From Schaalia odontolytica (GTDB taxonomy: Bacteria; Actinomycetota; Actinomycetes; Actinomycetales; Actinomycetaceae), in contig NZ_CP040006.1 of NCBI RefSeq assembly GCF_005696695.1, forward strand, positions 960,001 to 992,000: a stretch of DNA of 32,000 bases. The letters run 5' to 3'. Positions 9,193 to 17,997 of the stretch are shown here, one piece after another (within the stretch, counting starts at the first letter, position 1; each line of letters starts with the position of its first letter). The position numbers and the translations under genes are program-made. The notes under the pieces are model-generated. The model was given only the letters and a program-made list of their open reading frames with translations. It was not told where the DNA came from and did not search any database.

Positions 9193-9228
9193 GGAGGGTA
9201 GCTCCTGGATGTCCAGGAACTACCCTCC
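9193..9228 (-). terminator. intrinsic terminator after the small membrane protein gene (end of the glgX-trpS-orf85 unit)
   Basis: 17-bp stem ggagggtagctcctgga / tccaggaactaccctcc with one C-A mismatch and a 2-nt loop. On the minus strand it is followed by gtcttttctgtc. Confidence 0.7.
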
Positions 9229-9245
9229 GTTGAGAAGATCGACGC

Positions 9246-9503
9246 TCAGCTGCCGCTGTTCTGCAGCCCCGCCATGACCGCACCACCGAAGAGGACGAAC
9301 ATTAGGATCGTCGCGACGATGCCGATGATCTGCCAGATGAACATGGCGCGCGCGAAGTTGCGCTTCGCGGGCGAGCCGCCCGAACCGAGGGCGAGCACCA
9401 GCAGGTAGACGAAGCCGACCAGCGGGATGCCGCACACGAAGAGCGTGAGCATCCACGAGCCGACGGAGTCGTCGGGGTGCTCGGGGAACTGGTTGTATGC
9501 CAT
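9246..9503 (-). CDS. small integral membrane protein (two hydrophobic segments); function unknown
   Basis: 85 aa. Hydrophobic segments are WMLTLFVCGIPLVGFVYLLVLAL and IWQIIGIVATILMFVLFGGAVMAG. GGAGA lies 6 nt upstream of the ATG. The gene starts 24 nt after the trpS stop. Confidence 0.6.
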   Translation of the reverse strand: MAYNQFPEHPDDSVGSWMLTLFVCGIPLVGFVYLLVLALGSGGSPAKRNFARAMFIWQIIGIVATILMFVLFGGAVMAGLQNSGS

Positions 9504-9527
9504 GAGTATCTCCAGGAAGGTGTGGGA

Positions 9528-10628
9528 TCAGTAGACCATCTGCATGGCCGTGCGCACCTCGGACAGGGTCTGATCAGCCTGTTCGTTGGCGCGCTCGTTG
9601 CCGGCGTGCAGGATGGACAGTAGGTAGTCCTCGTTCGCGATGAGCTCGGCGCGGCGCTCGCGCAGGGGGGCGAGCATCTCGTTGAGGGACTCGGTGACGA
9701 GGGACTTGAGCATACCGGCGCCCGAGTCCCCGATGCGGTCCGCGATCGCCTCGGGGGCTTCGCCCGTGGCCAGGGAGGCCAGCATGAGCAGGTTGGAGAC
9801 CTCGGGACGGCCCTCCGGATCGAAGGTGATGCGGCGCTCTGCGTCGGTCTTCGCCTTCTTGAGGATCTTCGCGGTCTCGTCCGCGGTCATACGCAGCTCG
9901 ATCGTATTGCCGCGCGACTTCGACATCTTCTGGCCGTCCGTGCCGAGCAGCAGCGGGACCTCGGAGAGGAGAGCCTCCGGACGGGGGAACACGGGGCGCT
10001 CGGGGGTGGCGCGGCCGTAGCGCTTGTCGAAGCGCTGGGCGATCAGGCGGGCCTGCTCCAGGTGGGGGAGCTGGTCCTGGCCCACGGGCACGATGTTCGC
10101 CTTGCAGAAGAGGATGTCGGCGGCCTGGTGGACCGGGTAGGTCAGCATGAGGCCCGTCATCGCGCGGCCCTCGGTCGCCTCCAGCTCGGCCTTCACGGTC
10201 GGGTTGCGGTGCAGCTCCGACTCGGTGACCAGGGAGAGGAACGGCAGCATCAGCTGGTTGAGGGCCGGAACCGCCGAGTGGTTGAAGATCGTGGACCGCT
10301 CGGGGTCGATGCCCGCGGCCAGGTAGTCGGCGACGAGGCCGAGGACGCGCTCACGGATCGGGCCCACGCCATCGCGGTCGGTGATCACCTGGTAGTCGGC
10401 GACCAGAACCCAGGTCTCAACGCCGCGGTTCTGCAGGAGCACGCGGTTACGCAGCGTGCCGAAGTAGTGGCCCAGGTGCAGGTGGCCGGTCGGGCGGTCA
10501 CCCGTGAGGATGCGGAAACGCGAGGGGTCCTGGTCGATCGCCAGGTCGATCTCGGCGCTGCGGGCCTTCGAGCGGGCCAGCGAGGCATCAGAGGTTGCGG
10601 TTTCCAGGGCATCTTCACTGCGAGTCAT
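9528..10628 (-). CDS. trpS: tryptophan--tRNA ligase
   Basis: Class I signature motifs are present: TGHLHLGHYFG (HIGH) and KMSKS (GQKMSKSRGN). The overall TrpRS layout is intact, with an N-terminal extension of roughly 30-40 aa. Confidence 0.92.
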   Translation of the reverse strand: MTRSEDALETATSDASLARSKARSAEIDLAIDQDPSRFRILTGDRPTGHLHLGHYFGTLRNRVLLQNRGVETWVLVADYQVITDRDGVGPIRERVLGLVADYLAAGIDPERSTIFNHSAVPALNQLMLPFLSLVTESELHRNPTVKAELEATEGRAMTGLMLTYPVHQAADILFCKANIVPVGQDQLPHLEQARLIAQRFDKRYGRATPERPVFPRPEALLSEVPLLLGTDGQKMSKSRGNTIELRMTADETAKILKKAKTDAERRITFDPEGRPEVSNLLMLASLATGEAPEAIADRIGDSGAGMLKSLVTESLNEMLAPLRERRAELIANEDYLLSILHAGNERANEQADQTLSEVRTAMQMVY

Positions 10629-10676
10629 GCGTGAATCCTATCCAATGTGTGAGTGATGGGGGGAATGGAAGAACGG

Positions 10677-12965
10677 TCAGCTCTCGGGCTGGAATGCCAC
10701 GTCGGAGAGCAGGATGGTGACGGAGAGAGGCTCGATCGTCAGCGTCGAACGCGGGGTCACGTGCTCGACCTCGAGAGAAAGCTCAGCCGGGTTGAGCGTG
10801 GAGCCGACACCGCCCTCGGCAGGAGTGGCCCACACGGTCGAGTAGGCGACGAGCCAGTCCAGGTCATGGCCCTCGGGCAGGGTGACCTCGGCGCTGTCCA
10901 GGTTCGCGTTGATGATGATGAGCGCGTCGCGGTCGCCCCACGTCACGCCCGAGCGCAGCATCTGGAACGTGCGGTGGTGCCAGTCCGTCCAGCCGTAGTC
11001 CGGCATGGGCATGCCCTGGGCGGTGTACCAGGACAGGTCGGCGATCGTGTCTCCGTTACGGGGGGTGCCGGTCGCGAAGCGGTCAGGACGCAGGACCGGG
11101 TGGGCCTTGCGCAGGGCGATCAGCCAGGAGACGGCGTCAATCTGTGCGTGCTGGCTCTCGGCCAGGTCCCAGTCGACCCACGAGATCGGGTCATCCTGGC
11201 AGTAGGCGTTGTTGTTGCCGTACTGGGTGCGGCCGAACTCGTCGCCGCCCGTCAGCATGGGCGTGCCCGAGGAGACGAACATCGTCGCCAGGATGTTGCG
11301 CTGTGAGCGGGCGCGCAGGTCGGCGATCGTCATGTCGGAGAGGATCGCGTAGGGGGTGTCGGCATTCGGGTGTGTGCCGTTCGAAGCAAGTGTGCCCTCC
11401 ACGCCGTGGTTCCACGAGCGGTTGTCGTCTGACCCGTCCCGGTTGTTCTCCAGGTTCGCCGTGTTGTGCTTGCGGTCGTAGGCAGTCAGGTCCGCGAGCG
11501 TGAAGCCGTCGTGGGCCGTCACAAAGTTGATCGAGGCGCGGGGACCGCGCAGACGGCCCAGGCCGTGCTCGAAGACGTCCTGGGAACCGGACAGGCGGGT
11601 CGCCAGGTCGTTGGGGCCGGAGACGACATGGCCCGAGGCCTGGGCGCGCACGTCCGCCAGCCAGAAGTTACGCAGGGCGCCGCGGTAGTGGTCGTTCCAC
11701 TCGGAGAAGGGGACGGGGAAGTTACCCGTCTGCCAGCCGCCCGGACCCACGTCCCACGGCTCGGCGATCAGCTTCGAGTGGGCCAGGACCTCGTCCGTCG
11801 CCATCGCGATGAGGAGCGGGTGCATGGGGCTGAAGCCCGTCGAGAAACGGCCGAGCGTGGCCGCCAGGTCGAAGCGGAAACCATCCACGCCCATCTCGCG
11901 GACCCAGTAGCGCAGCGAATCCAGCACCATCTGAATGGTCTTCGGATGGTCCACGTTGATGGTGTTGCCCGTGCCCGTCACGTCGATCGTCTGGACCGGG
12001 CGCGAGGTGGTGTGACGGTAGTACATGTCGGAGTCGAGACCGCGCCAGGACAGGGACGGACCGGCGTCGCCGCCCTCACACGTGTGGTTGTAGACAACGT
12101 CGAGAATGACCTCGATGCCCGCCTGGTGCAGGAGCGAGACCATGCCGCGGAACTCGTCGACGACCGCCTGGGCGCCGCGCTCGCGCGAGGCCTCGCTGGC
12201 GTAGGAGGGCTCGGGGGCGAAGAAAGAGAGGGTCGAGTACCCCCAGTAGTTCGTCAGGCCTCGTTCGGTGAGGAAGGGCTCGTCGCACTTCGCGTGGACG
12301 GGCAGCAGCTCGACGGCGGTGACGCCCAAGTCCTTCAGGTAGGACACGGAGGCAGGGTGAGCCAGGCCTGCGTAGGTGCCGCGCAGCTCCGCGGGCACAC
12401 CGGGCATGTTCTTCGTGAAGCCCTTGACGTGGATCTCGTAGATGACGGTGGTCTCCCACGGCGTGTGGGGCTGCGGCGCGATCGGGAAGGAGGGCTCTAC
12501 GACGACCGAGCGCGGCATATACGGCGCGGAGTCGATGGGGGAGCGGCGCAGCGGGTACTCGGAGGGGTAGAGGTCCTCATCCACGCAGTGCGCGTAGACC
12601 GCAGGCTTCATGTCCACCACGCCGTCGAGGCCTCGGCCGTAGGGGTCGAGGAGAAGCTTGTGCGAGTTATAGAACTGGCCGCCGTCAGGATCCCAGGTGC
12701 CGTGCACGCGGAAACCGTAGCGGGTGCCCGCACCGTATCCGGGGATGTGACCATGCCAGATGCCGGTCTTCGGGCCGAGCAGAGCGAAGCGGGTCTCAGC
12801 TCCGGCCTCGTCGAAGATGCACATGTCCACGCCGGAGGCGGCCCTGGCGACCACGGCGACATCGAGCCCATTGCCCGACGGGAAAACCCCCAGACGGGTG
12901 GGAACAGGGTTCGGTTCGGTGACACGCACGATGGGGACGCTGGACGAGCCGGAACGCTCGGACAT
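10677..12965 (-). CDS. glgX: glycogen debranching enzyme
   Basis: GH13_11 motifs are present: GTRYGFRVHGTWDP, YWGYSTLSFFAPE, VILDVVYNHT, VDGFRFDLA, LIAEPWD and FVTAHDGFTL. The ATG at 12965 has GAAAGAGG upstream. The track ORF starts 21 nt further upstream at 12986. Confidence 0.92.
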   Translation of the reverse strand: MSERSGSSSVPIVRVTEPNPVPTRLGVFPSGNGLDVAVVARAASGVDMCIFDEAGAETRFALLGPKTGIWHGHIPGYGAGTRYGFRVHGTWDPDGGQFYNSHKLLLDPYGRGLDGVVDMKPAVYAHCVDEDLYPSEYPLRRSPIDSAPYMPRSVVVEPSFPIAPQPHTPWETTVIYEIHVKGFTKNMPGVPAELRGTYAGLAHPASVSYLKDLGVTAVELLPVHAKCDEPFLTERGLTNYWGYSTLSFFAPEPSYASEASRERGAQAVVDEFRGMVSLLHQAGIEVILDVVYNHTCEGGDAGPSLSWRGLDSDMYYRHTTSRPVQTIDVTGTGNTINVDHPKTIQMVLDSLRYWVREMGVDGFRFDLAATLGRFSTGFSPMHPLLIAMATDEVLAHSKLIAEPWDVGPGGWQTGNFPVPFSEWNDHYRGALRNFWLADVRAQASGHVVSGPNDLATRLSGSQDVFEHGLGRLRGPRASINFVTAHDGFTLADLTAYDRKHNTANLENNRDGSDDNRSWNHGVEGTLASNGTHPNADTPYAILSDMTIADLRARSQRNILATMFVSSGTPMLTGGDEFGRTQYGNNNAYCQDDPISWVDWDLAESQHAQIDAVSWLIALRKAHPVLRPDRFATGTPRNGDTIADLSWYTAQGMPMPDYGWTDWHHRTFQMLRSGVTWGDRDALIIINANLDSAEVTLPEGHDLDWLVAYSTVWATPAEGGVGSTLNPAELSLEVEHVTPRSTLTIEPLSVTILLSDVAFQPES

Positions 12966-13158
12966 AAAAGAGTGCCTCTTTCTCACGAATCAGTGACCGC
13001 ACCCTAGCCTGATAGATACAGCCATGACACATCATACGTGACCGTTAATTAAGCGGTCGGATTAGGGAGTGTGCTGAGGGTATGAGCAGCGGCACGCACT
13101 GGTGAGGGAACCCTCATATATATGGGCGTGCTGCGCAGAATGTGGCACGCTAGAAGTC

Positions 13159-13962
13159 ATGAGAATTGTCGTGTGTGTGAAGCATGTCCCCGACATGCAG
13201 TCCGAACGCCGTTTTGAGGGCGGCCGCCTGGTGCGCGGTGAGGACGATGTGCTCAACGAACTGGACGAGAACGCCATCGAGGCAGCCGTCCAGCTCAAGG
13301 AATCCGAAGAGGATGCGGGTCGCGAGGCCGAGGTCGTCGCGCTGACGATGGGCCCCGAGGACGCCGAGGACTCCCTCATGCGCGCCCTGCAGATGGGCGC
13401 CGACCGCGCCTACATCGTCTCCGACGAGTTCCTCGAGGGCTCCGACGTCATCACGACCGCCTCCGTTCTGTCCGTCGCGATCGCGAAGATCGCGCAGGAG
13501 TGCGGCCCTGTCGACCTGGTGATCACCGGCATGGCGTCGCTGGACGCGATGACCTCCATGCTGCCCGCCGCCCTGGCCGCCAAGGCCCACATGCCGCTGC
13601 TGGGCCTGGCCCGCTCCCTGAGCGTCGAGGACGGCACTGTCACCATCGAACGCGCCGTCGACGGGTACACCGAGACCGTGCGCGTCGCGCTGCCCGCTGT
13701 CGTCTCCGTGACTGACCAGATCAACGAGCCGCGTTACCCGGCCTTCGCAGCGATGAAGGCCGCCCGCAAGAAGCCGCTGGATCAGTGGGGCATCGACGAC
13801 CTCGTCGAGGTTCCCGGCGGTGAGGCCCTCGTCATGCGCCGCGCGCTGACTTCCGTCACCCATGGCGAGGAGAAGACCCGCGACGGCTCGGGCACGATCA
13901 TTCAGGACGCCGGCGAGGGCGGGCGCGCTCTGGCCGACTACATCCTTTCGGTGGTGAAGTGA
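13159..13962 (+). CDS. etfB: electron transfer flavoprotein, beta subunit
   Basis: MRIVVCVKHVPD... is the canonical EtfB N-terminus. It is followed by the VVALTMGP and ITGMASLD regions. The track start at 13102 adds a non-homologous leader. Confidence 0.9.
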   Translation: MRIVVCVKHVPDMQSERRFEGGRLVRGEDDVLNELDENAIEAAVQLKESEEDAGREAEVVALTMGPEDAEDSLMRALQMGADRAYIVSDEFLEGSDVITTASVLSVAIAKIAQECGPVDLVITGMASLDAMTSMLPAALAAKAHMPLLGLARSLSVEDGTVTIERAVDGYTETVRVALPAVVSVTDQINEPRYPAFAAMKAARKKPLDQWGIDDLVEVPGGEALVMRRALTSVTHGEEKTRDGSGTIIQDAGEGGRALADYILSVVK

Positions 13963-13963
13963 C

Positions 13964-14941
13964 ATGACGCAGCAGATGAGTTCCCCGATTCTCGTTCTGG
14001 CCGACCAGGCGGGCGATCACCTGACGCCCCTGGCTCGCCAGGCGGTTACGCTGGCCGCGTCCCTGACTTCCGCCGACGTCGTCGCGCTGTCCCTGGCCGC
14101 CACTCCCGATGTGGCCGCCCTGTCTGAGCTGGGCGCGACCCAGCTGCTGCATGCCGACCTGGGTGACGCGGCGCGTTCCTCGGTCGTGGCCTCCGACGCG
14201 CTTGTTTCCGCGCTGGCGACCGGCAGTTTCGGTCTGGTGCTCCTGTGCTCGGACTACCGTGGTCGCGAGATCGCCGGCCGTGTCGGCGCCCTCACCGAGG
14301 CCGGCGTGGTCTCCGGTGCGTCCTCCGTCGGCTTCGACGGCGGCGTCCTCCAGATCGGCAAGACCGCTCTGGGTGGCTCCTGGTCGATGCGGATCGTCCT
14401 TGAGGGACAGACCCCGATCGTCGGCATCGCCTCTGGCGTCATCGACGAGGCCCCGGTGGCCTCTCCCGTCGGCCTGACCCCGCAGACCCTGGCCGTCGAG
14501 CTGAGCCCCGAGGCCTCCGCGATTCAGGTCGTCTCTTCCGTGCCCGACGAGGAGGAAGGCGTGTCCCTGACGGATGCGTCCACTGTCGTGTGCGGTGGCC
14601 GCGGCGTGGACGGCGACTTCGAGCTGGTTCGCTCCGTCGCTCAGGCGCTCGGCGGCGCCGTGGGTGCGACCCGCGTCGCCTGCGACGAGGGCTGGGCACC
14701 GCGATCCGAGCAGATCGGCCAGACCGGTCTGACCGTCACCCCGAATCTCTACATCGGCCTGGGCGTATCCGGCGCGATCCACCACACGGTGGGCATGCAG
14801 TCCTCCGCCCACATCGTCGCCGTGTGTGACGACCCGGACGCCCCGATCTTCGAGATCGCGGACTTCGGCGTCGTCGGCGACGTCACCGAGGTCGTGCCCG
14901 CAGCCCTGGCCGCCATCGAGGAGGCGCGCTCCCAGGCGTGA
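13964..14941 (+). CDS. etfA: electron transfer flavoprotein, alpha subunit
   Basis: The C-terminal FAD-binding region (VVCGGRGV...GATR...QIGQTGLTVTPNLYIGLGVSGAIHH...IVAVCDDPDAPIF) is typical of EtfA. The gene starts 1 nt after the etfB stop. Confidence 0.9.
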   Translation: MTQQMSSPILVLADQAGDHLTPLARQAVTLAASLTSADVVALSLAATPDVAALSELGATQLLHADLGDAARSSVVASDALVSALATGSFGLVLLCSDYRGREIAGRVGALTEAGVVSGASSVGFDGGVLQIGKTALGGSWSMRIVLEGQTPIVGIASGVIDEAPVASPVGLTPQTLAVELSPEASAIQVVSSVPDEEEGVSLTDASTVVCGGRGVDGDFELVRSVAQALGGAVGATRVACDEGWAPRSEQIGQTGLTVTPNLYIGLGVSGAIHHTVGMQSSAHIVAVCDDPDAPIFEIADFGVVGDVTEVVPAALAAIEEARSQA

Positions 14942-16143
14942 GCGTCTACCTCGACCACGCGGCCACCACGCCGCTGCGCGAGTGCGCCCTCGAGGCGTGG
15001 ACCCGCGCCCAGCGTGACCTGGCCGCAACCCCCGGCAATCCCGCCGCCCTCCACTTCGGAGGGCGGCGGGCCCGTCGCATGCTCGACGACGCGCGCGAGC
15101 AGGTCGCAGCGGCCCTCGGCGCAGACATCCACGAGGTTATTTTCACCTCTGGAGCCACCGAATCGGATGCCCTCGGCGTGATGGCCTCGGCCCGAGGCAT
15201 GCGCGGGCGCGACGGCGCGCGCGACCTGATCGTCGTCTCGGGCCTCGAGCACGACGCGGTCGCCCATCAGCGCGAGGTTGCCTCTCGCGAGGGCTTCTCC
15301 TGGGAGTTCCTGCCCGTGGATGCGGGCGGCGTGTCCATCCTGCCCGGTGTTTCCGGCGACGACGCGCCCGGTCCGTGGGACGGTCGCCTCGCGCTCGGAT
15401 CCATGACCCTTGTGTCCTCCGAGATTGGCACGATTCAGCCGGTCGCAGACTTCGCCGAGCTCGTGCACGCCAGCGGAGGGCTCGTACATTCCGACGCCGC
15501 CCAAGCTATCCCAACCCTGGACGTGTCATTTGGAGAACTCGGCCTGGACCTCATGAGCGTCGGCGGCCACAAGGTCGGCGCCCCTGCTGGCATCGGCGTT
15601 CTCCTCGCCCGACGAGGCATCCCCATGACGACCGACCGACCCGGCGGCGGCCACGAGCGCTCGATCCGCTCGGGCACGCCCGACGTTGCGGGTGCCTGCG
15701 CTCTCGGTGCTGCCCTCACCGAGGTTGTCGCCCAGCGCGCCGCTTTCGCAGCCCGTGCGGCCGACCTGCGCGCGCATCTGCTGTCCCACCTGCCGGAGGG
15801 CACGTATCTGACGGTGGGGGAGACGGCCTCGTCGAGCGCCATCATCCACCTGTCCCTGCCCACCGCCCGCCCCGAAGCCGTCCTCATGGCTTTCGACATG
15901 GCTGGGATCGCCGTGTCTGCTGGGTCTGCCTGCCACGCGGGGGTCACGCGCCCCTCCGAGATCGTCATGGCGATGGGACGCAGCGAGGAGCAGGCACTCG
16001 GCGTGCTGCGCGTCTCGCTCGGCCATGAGACGACGCGCGACGACATCGACGCCTTCCTGGCTGCCCTGCCCGTGGCCATCCGCGCGGGGGCCGCCCTGGA
16101 CGGCGTCGCACACGTGCGCAACGAACGAAACGAGGAACGCTAG
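14938..16143 (+). CDS. iscS: cysteine desulfurase (NifS/IscS class, PLP-dependent)
   Basis: VYLDHAATTP N-terminus, PLP-lysine motif SVGGHKVGAP and catalytic-Cys loop SAGSACHAG. The GTG start overlaps the etfA stop (GTGA). It sits directly upstream of mnmA, as in other actinobacteria. Confidence 0.88.
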   Translation: MSVYLDHAATTPLRECALEAWTRAQRDLAATPGNPAALHFGGRRARRMLDDAREQVAAALGADIHEVIFTSGATESDALGVMASARGMRGRDGARDLIVVSGLEHDAVAHQREVASREGFSWEFLPVDAGGVSILPGVSGDDAPGPWDGRLALGSMTLVSSEIGTIQPVADFAELVHASGGLVHSDAAQAIPTLDVSFGELGLDLMSVGGHKVGAPAGIGVLLARRGIPMTTDRPGGGHERSIRSGTPDVAGACALGAALTEVVAQRAAFAARAADLRAHLLSHLPEGTYLTVGETASSSAIIHLSLPTARPEAVLMAFDMAGIAVSAGSACHAGVTRPSEIVMAMGRSEEQALGVLRVSLGHETTRDDIDAFLAALPVAIRAGAALDGVAHVRNERNEER

Positions 16144-17235
16144 ATGCGAGTTCTGGCAGCACTGTCCGGCGGCGTGGACTCAGCCGTCGCCGCCGCGAAG
16201 GCCGTGGAAGCCGGGCACGACGTCGTCGGCGTCCACATGGCCCTGTCCTCCCAACCCCAGGAGTGTCGCATCGGCTCGCGCGGCTGCTGCTCGATCGAGG
16301 ACGCCGGGGACGCGGCGCGCGCCGCCGAAATCATCGGCATCCCGTTCTACGTGTGGGACCTCGCCCAGGAATTCGAGCAGACCGTCATCACCGACTTCGT
16401 CGCCCAGTACAAGGCCGGGCGCACCCCCAACCCCTGCGTGCGCTGCAACGAGTTCGTGAAGTTCCGCGAGCTGGCCACCCGCGCCCGCGCGCTCGGCTTC
16501 GATGCGGTGTGCACCGGCCACTACGCGGCCATCGTCGATGGCGAGGCCGGACCCGAGCTGCACCGCGGCGCCGACAACCTCAAGGACCAGTCCTACGTGC
16601 TGGCCGTCATGGGGCCCGAAGAGCTTCACCGCGTCGTCCTGCCGCTGGGGGACGCTCCCAACAAGGCGTGGGTGCGCTCCGAGGCCGAGCGCCTCGGCCT
16701 GGGCGTGTCCAACAAGCCGGACTCCTACGACATCTGCTTCATTCCCGACGGCGACACGCAGGGCTTCCTGCGCGCTCACCTGGGTGCCTCGGAGGGTGAG
16801 ATCGTCACCCCCGACGGCGAGGTGCTCGGCCGCCACGAGGGCTACTGGAACTACACGGTCGGCCAGCGCAAGGGCCTCGGCATCGGCGCGCCCGCACCCG
16901 ACGGGCGCCCCCGCTACGTCCTCGAGACGAGGCCGGAGACCAACCAGGTCGTCGTGGGGGCCTCCGAGCTCCTGTCCATCTCCCGCATTACGGCCACGGA
17001 TGCCGTCTGGCTCGCCTCCGACGACGACGGCTCCGACGCCACCGACCTCTTCGTGCAGCTGCGCGCGCACGGCACGCCTGTGCCCGTCGCGTCGCTGGCG
17101 CGCGACCTGGACGCTGGAACCATCAGCGTTGTCCTCGCGAGCAGTGCGCGCGGTGTCGCGCGCGGCCAGTCGATGGTCGTGTATCGCGGTACCCGTGTTC
17201 TCGGCGAGGGAACTATCGACGCAACCGGGCGCTGA
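16144..17235 (+). CDS. mnmA: tRNA-specific 2-thiouridylase
   Basis: PP-loop motif ALSGGVDSAV, RTPNPCVRCN, and the TGHYA and KDQSY motifs. The ATG directly abuts the preceding stop codon. Confidence 0.93.
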   Translation: MRVLAALSGGVDSAVAAAKAVEAGHDVVGVHMALSSQPQECRIGSRGCCSIEDAGDAARAAEIIGIPFYVWDLAQEFEQTVITDFVAQYKAGRTPNPCVRCNEFVKFRELATRARALGFDAVCTGHYAAIVDGEAGPELHRGADNLKDQSYVLAVMGPEELHRVVLPLGDAPNKAWVRSEAERLGLGVSNKPDSYDICFIPDGDTQGFLRAHLGASEGEIVTPDGEVLGRHEGYWNYTVGQRKGLGIGAPAPDGRPRYVLETRPETNQVVVGASELLSISRITATDAVWLASDDDGSDATDLFVQLRAHGTPVPVASLARDLDAGTISVVLASSARGVARGQSMVVYRGTRVLGEGTIDATGR

Positions 17236-17317
17236 TTCTCTCGGGCCTGCGCGACACCTAGCGACGTGGGCGAGGGCATGCGGACGCTCCGGGGGACATC
17301 GGTTAGACTGGGGTGGC

Positions 17318-17398
<81 letters not shown>

Positions 17399-17451
17399 CA
17401 GTTGCCCGTGCCCGGTCGCCCCGGGGAGGTGGCGGTCGATAGACTGAGGTC

Positions 17452-17925
17452 ATGAGCGCTTTGGATATTGGCTGCAAGGCCCCCGACTTTACCGCTGAGA
17501 CCACCCAGGGAACCCTGTCCCTGTCGGATCTGCTCGCCGCCTCGTCGCGCGGCGTCGTCGTCTACTTCTACCCGAAGGCCTCCACGCCCGGCTGCACGAA
17601 GGAGGCCTGCGACTTCCGCGATTCTCTGGCCTCGCTCCAGGGCGCCGGCTACTCGGTGATCGGCGTGTCCGCCGACTCGATGGCCGCCCTCGAGCGCTTT
17701 ACGGAGAAGCAGTCGCTGACCTTCCCGCTGGCCTCCGACCCGGATCACGAGATTCTCGAGGCCTACGGTGCTTGGGGCGAAAAGAAGAACTACGGCCGCA
17801 CCTACGTGGGCATCATTCGCTCGACCGTGGTCGTCAACCCTGACGGTACGGTCGCCCTGGCCCAGTACAACGTGAAGGCAACGGGTCACGTGGCGCGTCT
17901 GCGTAAGGCGCTCGGTATCGACTAA
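17452..17925 (+). CDS. bcp: thioredoxin-dependent thiol peroxidase (peroxiredoxin Q/BCP)
   Basis: FYPKASTPGCTKEACDFRD carries the BCP CxxxxC active site. The fold extends through GVSADS...FPLASDPD...YGAWGEK. Confidence 0.9.
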   Translation: MSALDIGCKAPDFTAETTQGTLSLSDLLAASSRGVVVYFYPKASTPGCTKEACDFRDSLASLQGAGYSVIGVSADSMAALERFTEKQSLTFPLASDPDHEILEAYGAWGEKKNYGRTYVGIIRSTVVVNPDGTVALAQYNVKATGHVARLRKALGID

Positions 17926-17940
17926 TCCCGTTGCTTTTTG

Positions 17941-17985
17941 AGTAACTAGCACATATGATTGTCAAGAAACTGACAGCTAGTTACT
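17941..17985 (+). promoter_or_regulatory. AT-rich nested stem-loop or inverted repeat immediately upstream of the Shine-Dalgarno sequence of the 17998 gene
   Basis: Outer perfect 10-bp arms agtaactagc (17941-17950) / gctagttact (17976-17985). Inner arms tgtca (17960-17964) / tgaca (17971-17975). GGAGG at 17989-17993 follows 3 nt after the right arm. Confidence 0.35.
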
Positions 17986-17997
17986 AATGGAGGAGTT

